64,000 nt of DNA, from the NCBI GenBank assembly GCA_963741255.1, contig CAVUHM010000001.1, positions 10,675-74,674 on the forward strand, in the 5' to 3' direction. The notes below the pieces were generated by a model. That model did no database searches, had not been told where the DNA came from, and saw only the letters and a list, made by a program, of their open reading frames with translations. Source of the stretch: an uncultured Gammaproteobacteria bacterium. GTDB taxonomy: Bacteria; Pseudomonadota; Gammaproteobacteria; Steroidobacterales; Rariloculaceae. Shown one piece after another: positions 58,692 to 64,000 of this stretch (the first letter of the stretch is position 1; each line of letters starts with the position of its first letter). Both the position numbers and the translations under genes were made by a program.

Positions 58692-58813
58692 GGAGTCTCC
58701 GCGCCGCGGGCGGCGATCACGATACGCCCGCGAAAGTACCTTCCTCTGCAATCGATTGCAAACGTCGCGCGCCGATCACTATCATCGGGTGCTACAGGTC
58801 GGAGGAGAGCGCA

Positions 58814-59882
58814 ATGCACAAGTCGTATCGCCGGGTTTTCGCCGTTTTGCTCATCGCGGTCTCTGCTCTTGTGACTGGCCCGCTCGGGCACAACCCGCCG
58901 CCGGCCGTATCGAGCGCATCCGCGTGCCGGGACCGTCGCTCGAAGGCAATCTCACCGGCGACGACGCAACGCGCGACGTCTTCGTCTATCTGCCGCCGAG
59001 CTACTCGCGCGACACGCGGCGGCGCTATCCCGTCGTCGTGTTTCTGCACGGCTACACGGCCACGGCGGATGCCTACGTGCGCTATCTGGACTTGCCGCAA
59101 GCGGCGGATAGTGCGATCGCGGCCGGCGCACGCGAGATGATCGTCGTGCTGCCCGACTCGTTCACGGCCTACAGCGGCAGCATGTACTCGAGCTCCGTCG
59201 ACGACGGGCGATTGGGAAACCTATATCGCAGGCGATTTGGTCGACTACGTCGACCGTCATTACCGCACGCTCGCGCAGCGCGAGAGCCGCGGCCTGAGCG
59301 GGCATTCGATGGGCGGCTACGGCACCGTGCGCATCGGTATGAAGCGCCCCGATGTGTTCGGCGCGCTCTACGCGATGAGCTCGTGCTGTTTGCTGATCGA
59401 TCCCGCGCAGCGGCGGCGACGTGGTCATGCGCGCGGCGCGCGAGCGCGCCGCAGCGGCGCCGGCAAGCGAGGCACAGCCGCGCGGGCGACCCGATCCTGC
59501 GGCAGGGTTCGCGAACGCGCTGTCGGCGCAAGCCGCCGCTTGGGCGCCGAATCCCGACAATCCGCCCGAGTATTTCGATCTGCCGTTCAAGAACGGCGAG
59601 CTCGATCCGCTCGTCGCAGCCAAATGGCTGGCGAACGCGCCGCTGCTCATGGTCGATCAGTACGTGCCGAGCTTGAAGCGCTATCGGGCGATCGCGCTCG
59701 ATGTCGGCAACGCCGACCCGCTGCGCGCGGACAATGTGAATCTCGACGCTGCGCTGACGCGTTTGCGAGTAGCCCATCGGTTCGAAGAGTACGAGGGCGA
59801 TCACGGCAACCGAGTGCGCGAACGGTTCGCTTCGAAGGTGCTGCCGTTCTTCTCGGAGCAGCTCGACGCCGGCCCCGAATGA
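58814..59882 (+). pseudogene. esterase of the PF00756 ('putative esterase'/esterase D) type, exported; frame broken about 3 times
   Basis: Signal peptide in ORF 58814-59140. YPVVVFLHGY in ORF 58585-59676. [11 protein letters not shown] in ORF 59237-59932. C-terminal [12 protein letters not shown] in ORF 59421-59882. Confidence 0.7.
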
Positions 59883-59938
59883 CGTCTAGGGCAACGCCTC
59901 GCAGTCGTGCCTCTTCGTCGCCAGAAGAGTAGGCCCGG

Positions 59939-60948
59939 TCAGACCTTGAACCTCGGGAACAGCCGCTCGGCGTTGCCGCGCAGCATCATCTGCTCGAACG
60001 CCTTCGGCAGCGACAGCCCCGGCAGCTCGTTCACCGTGGACTCGATCGGCTCCGGCGAGTAGTCGGTGCCGAAGAGGATCTGGGATTCGGGCATGAAGGC
60101 TCGCATCGCGGCCATCGGCCAGGGGAAGCTGGCGTGCGCGATGTCGTAGTACCACTTCCGCAGCTCCGCATAGAGGCCGTTCGGCAGGTACTTCTCGCGC
60201 GCCGGCCGGCACGCGGTCCTTCATCCGCCCGGCCAGCATCGGCACCGTCCCGCCCGAATGGACGGTGATGAAGCGGATGTTCGGGTAGCGGAACATCACC
60301 CCGTTGACGACGATGCTGGCCACGCCGCGCGTGACGTCGAAGTCGTACTCCAGCATCGACGCCGCGGGGCCGTATTTCAGGTTGCCGCAGCACGGCGGCG
60401 CCAGTGGGTGCATGTAGACGATGGCGCGGCGGCGGTTCAGCTCCTGCCACATCGGCTCGAAGTACGGGTCGCCCGGCCAACGCCCCTGGTTGTCGTTGCT
60501 GTAGATGCCGATGGCGTCCACCTTCAGCGTGTCGTAGACGTACTCGATCTCCTTGAGGGAGCCGTCGAGGTCGGGTAGCGGCACGCCGCCCATCTGGCCG
60601 AACTGCTTCGGGTACTTCTGCACCAGCTCGGCGCCGTAGTCGTTGCCGCGCCGGATCTCGGTGCGCCCCTTCTCGGTGCCGTTGTAGAGCAGGTCCCCGT
60701 TCTGCGTCATCGACAGGATGGCGACGCCGATGCCGAACCGCTCCATCTGGTCGAGCGACGCCTGCGGCGACCAGGGGCGCGGGCCGGCGCTCTGGCCTGG
60801 GGGCAGGAAATGGTGGTGCACGTCGATCGCGCCGCCACGCACGTTGACTTTGTTGACGCGCTCCTGGCCGAAGAGGCTGCCGGCAGGCGCCAGCGGACGC
60901 CGCGCCCGCCGCCGCCAGGGACTTGAGAAACGTGCGTCGGTCGCTCAT
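59939..60948 (-). pseudogene. amidohydrolase-2 family (ACMSD-like decarboxylase/hydratase/lactonase fold) with TAT signal; frame broken about twice
   Basis: MSDRRTFLKSLAAAGAASAGA in ORF 60031-60948. IDVHHHFLPP and the main body in ORF 59886-60842. The ending ...ILFGTDYSPEP...AERLFPRFKV lies in a third frame with its stop at about 59939-59941. Confidence 0.7.
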
Positions 60949-60982
60949 CGGCTTCGCCTTTGGTCAAGTCCTCGATAAACGC

Positions 60983-63213
60983 CTAAGGAGAGAGCCGAGA
61001 CAACAGTGGGCTCCGAACGGCAGGTTCCGCGGCTCCCATGCCGGCCGCCCAATCGACGATCACGGTGATCGGCCGGTCGGTCGTCTCTTCGACGGGACTC
61101 TCGAGCAGGAATTTCGAACCGTCGGCGGCGGCGGCATAGAGGTCGCGCGCGTCGGCCGGATTGCCGCGACCGACGCGCGGAACAATGCGCGCGGCGTGCC
61201 GAATGCGATGCCGGCGCTCATGTCGATGTCGACCGCCGAGACGGCGCGGTCTGCCGAAAGATAGAAGAGCTCGTGCTGATCGGCGCGCCATTGCGGTTGG
61301 CCGCCGCCGCCGATCGAGACTTGTCGTTTCTCGCCGAGCTCGGGATACCGCTCGACGTAGACCTCGAGGGAGCCCGACTCATCGGAAGCATAGGCCACCC
61401 ACCTGCCGTCCGGGGAGATACGCGCCTGCATCTCGTTGGCGGGCGTTGCTAGCAACGGCCGTCCGACGCCATCGTCCGCGCGCGCGATCCACAGATCGAA
61501 ACTCGCAGCTCCATCGATACGCGTGTAGACGAACTCGGCGCCGTCCGGCGACCAATCGCCGAGCAGCTTGATCGCATCGTCGCTGACAAGAAGCAGTGGC
61601 GGTTCCGCGCTGTCGATCCTGCGTACGAGCAGGTCGAAGCCATCGCGAGCCGTGAACGCGATACGGCTGCCGTCGGGCGACCAAAGCGGGGCTATTGCGT
61701 CGGTCTCGAGCCGCGCGACCTCGGCTCTCGTCAGGTGCGCGAGCCAGAGCCCGGGATTGTTCGTCACCGCGCTCGTGGCGATGAGACGGGACTGGTCCGG
61801 AGAGATTCGCGGATTGAACAGCGTGGTTGGTAGCGGCAGCGTGCCGACGTTCTGTCCTGCGCGGTCGAACCACGCGAGATTCTGGGTCCTGACGCCGGTC
61901 TGGAATGCCAGCAGATCGCCTGCCGCCGACACGACGTTATCTGCGCCGAGCAATGGCGGCGAGACGTCGCGAGCGACGACGCTCGCGCGACCCGTGAGCT
62001 CGAGACGTTCGTCGTCGATCTCTGCCGCGATCAACATATTGTTCTCGACGTACAGCACGTGCCGAGGAGCGGCGAACGTCGCGGCCGAATCGCCGGCCAG
62101 CAGACGGAAACTGTCGCGCGTGTCGAGATTGCCGACGTAGACGCCCGCTGCGCGCGGGATCGAGACTCACGATCTGGTACAGAAAGCGCCGCCCATCGGG
62201 TAGAAACTGCGGCCAGGCAAACGCGATGTCGCGCGCGTCTCGATCGAGCTTTGCGACCGTCTCGATGTGCCCGTCGCCGCTCGCGGGAACTGCGTATAGA
62301 CCGCTCGGCCACAGCGCAAACAGGATCGTGTCGTCAGGTGCCCATGTGCCGCCGGCGACGACGACGTCGACGGCAGCCACGTTTACCACTGCTCGGCTCG
62401 CGACATCGACGGTCATCAGTTTGCCGCTCGCAAAAAAGCCGATGCGGCGCGAGTCGGGCGACCAGAACGGCTTCGATGCGTCGTCGGTTTCGGGTAGCCG
62501 CTCGAGCGCGCTCGACTGCAGCGAACGCACCCAAAGCGCGTTCTTTCCGGCCATGTCGTCGCGTGCGACGAACGCGAGATAACGGCCGTCTGGCGACAGC
62601 ATGCCGCCGGACGCGATGCTCGCCTCGGGCGGCGATGGCTGCGATAACCATACCGATCGCGCGGCGCCGTCGAGCGTGGGGCGCCGGCCACGCCAGGAGT
62701 GCGATGAGCGCGATGAGGATTGCGCACGCGGCTGCGCCTGCTGCGACCCATGCCAAACGAGCAGGCCGGCGCGACGGGGGCGATGGAGCTGCGACCTGTG
62801 CGGTGATCGGCGGCGCATCCGGTTCGCTAGCAGTGGGTTCGACACTGCGCTCGACTGCGTCGGTTCGCACCGTGCCGATGAAACGGTAGCCGCGCCGTGG
62901 CACGGTCTCGATGTACTTCGGATGCGCCCGCTCGTCGGCGAGCGCGCGGCGCACGACGGAGATTGCATGCGTCAAGCTGTCGTCGGTAACGACGACGTCC
63001 GACCAGATCGCGTCGATCAAGCTCGTTCTTTTGGACTAGGCGCTCGCGGTGCTCGATGAGGTAGACGAGCGCATCGAATGCTCGGGAAGGGAGCGCCGTC
63101 GCGGTGTCGCCGCGCAGGAGCTTTCGCGCAGCGACGTCGAGCGTGAACTCGTCGAACCGGTACGCGCGGGCAGGCGTCGTAGGAGCGGCGATCTCTCGGG
63201 GTGCGGTTGCCAT
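60983..63213 (-). pseudogene. membrane-anchored winged-helix (OmpR/CadC-type) transcriptional regulator with periplasmic TolB-like beta-propeller; frame broken at least 4 times
   Basis: YRFDEFTLDVAARKLLR...IETVPRRGYRF (Trans_reg_C) in ORFs 62827-63213 and 62334-63020. One TM segment (LAWVAAGAAACAILIALIALLAW). TolB-type repeats (SPDGRYLAF, WSPDSRRIGF, WSPDGSRIAF, WSPDGAEFVY, SPDGRWVAYAS) in ORFs 61937-62968, 61060-62058 and 60983-61291. Confidence 0.7.
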
Positions 63214-63358
63214 GCGGCGTTCTTGGTTTTTCCGGAGTTTTCCGCAGTTTTTCGGGACTTCGGTTCCGGTCTAGCGTACGAATTCCGCTAGTGGCCGGCA
63301 ACCAGCCGGCGGGCGGTGTGCTGCGCCTGTCAAACGGCGGCTCTCAGGGGGTGCGTGG

Positions 63359-64000
63359 ATGCGCAAAGTCGTCGGAATAGGCCGCGTCGCCGTGATGTGG
63401 GCGGCTGCTGCGGCCGCGTCGGTATCGGCCCAGCCGGGTTCGCCAAACGTGCCCGTCGACGCCGACGACATCGGCGGCGTCGTCGCAGGCCCGAACGGCC
63501 CGGAGGCCGGTGTCTGGGTCATCGCCGAAACGGACGACCTCCCGACCAAGTTTCGCAAGATCGTCGTCACCGACGAGCACGGCCGTTATCTGCTGCCGGA
63601 TCTGCCGGCCGCGAATTACGTCTTGTGGGTGCGCGGGTACGGGCTCGTCGATTCGCCGCGCGTGCGCTCGGCGCCCGGGCGCGTCGTCGCCTTGCCGGCC
63701 GTGATCGCGCCCGACGCGCGCGCCGCCGCGCAGGTGTATCCCGCGAACTATTGGTACTCGCTGATCGAGCTGCCGAGCGTCGAGCAGTTCCCCGGCACGG
63801 GCGCGAACGGCAACGGCATCGAAGCCGGTATGTGCGACGCAGCACCATTGGATCAATTCGATCAAGACCGGCTGCAACGTCTGCCATCAGCTCGGCAATC
63901 TCGCGACGCGCGAGTTTCCGCCGGGCCTGGGCAATTCGAGTCGTCGTACGACGCGTGGGATCACCGCACCCAGGTCGGGCAAGACGGCACCTCGATGATC
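63359..64000 (+). CDS. 5' part of an exported protein with a CarboxypepD_reg-like domain followed by a c-type heme motif; runs off the window; one frame break near 63835
   Basis: Own translation (not in the ORF track because there is no stop): AGGGGG before ATG 63359; signal peptide MRKVVGIGRVAVMWAAAAAASVSA; VVTDEHGRYLLPDLPAANYVLWVRGYG. After a frame change the text reads HHWINSIKTGCNVCHQLGN (CxxCH). Confidence 0.55.
   Translation, partial: MRKVVGIGRVAVMWAAAAAASVSAQPGSPNVPVDADDIGGVVAGPNGPEAGVWVIAETDDLPTKFRKIVVTDEHGRYLLPDLPAANYVLWVRGYGLVDSPRVRSAPGRVVALPAVIAPDARAAAQVYPANYWYSLIELPSVEQFPGTGANGNGIEAGMCDAAPLDQFDQDRLQRLPSARQSRDARVSAGPGQFESSYDAWDHRTQVGQDGTSMI

Noticed and set aside
1-64000. Genomic island, prophage, integrative element, CRISPR array or defence-system locus
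   Set aside because: I found no integrase, transposase, phage structural genes, flanking tRNA, direct repeats, repeat-spacer arrays or nuclease/ATPase defence signatures. The only TA-like element is a degraded PIN remnant.

Overview
Very GC-rich bacterial (proteobacterium-like) chromosomal DNA, densely coding on both strands. I see no rRNA, tRNA, CRISPR array, transposase or integrase. About 50 protein genes can be supported. The main theme is a set of exported (Sec/TAT) enzymes. It includes four PQQ/quinohemoprotein dehydrogenases (one only as a 3' fragment), a separate cytochrome c, a two-subunit Mo-hydroxylase, and about ten serine esterases: tannase/feruloyl esterase x2, type-B carboxylesterase, SGNH, HSL-type, PF00756-type and three other alpha/beta hydrolases. 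It also includes a lactonase, a mutarotase, and enolase-superfamily, MmgE/PrpD, amidohydrolase-2, cyclase-family, cupin, SnoaL, EthD and VOC proteins. Many carry twin-arginine signals although their families are usually cytoplasmic. A small cytoplasmic sucrose-type module (ROK kinase, MFS, GH13 sucrose-phosphorylase-like, LacI) sits at 42.1-47.1 kb. The most interesting content is a recurrent set of periplasmic genes of unknown function. Two paralogous modules (DUF1592-type heme protein + DUF1552 + ankyrin protein) lie at 7.9-13.3 kb and 47.2-53.3 kb. Each is followed by a small secreted protein whose predicted mature N-terminus is His-His-Ser, and by members of an unassigned 'GDTLV-motif' family. 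That family has 7 domains in the window, and a third HHS/GDTLV pair lies at 20.1-22.0 kb. Roughly half of the genes can only be read by joining two or more reading frames. These indel-type frame breaks are very unevenly distributed, so they are either assembly errors or real gene decay. Coordinates of frame-broken genes are approximate (a few nt), and function calls come from motif recognition by eye, not from searches.
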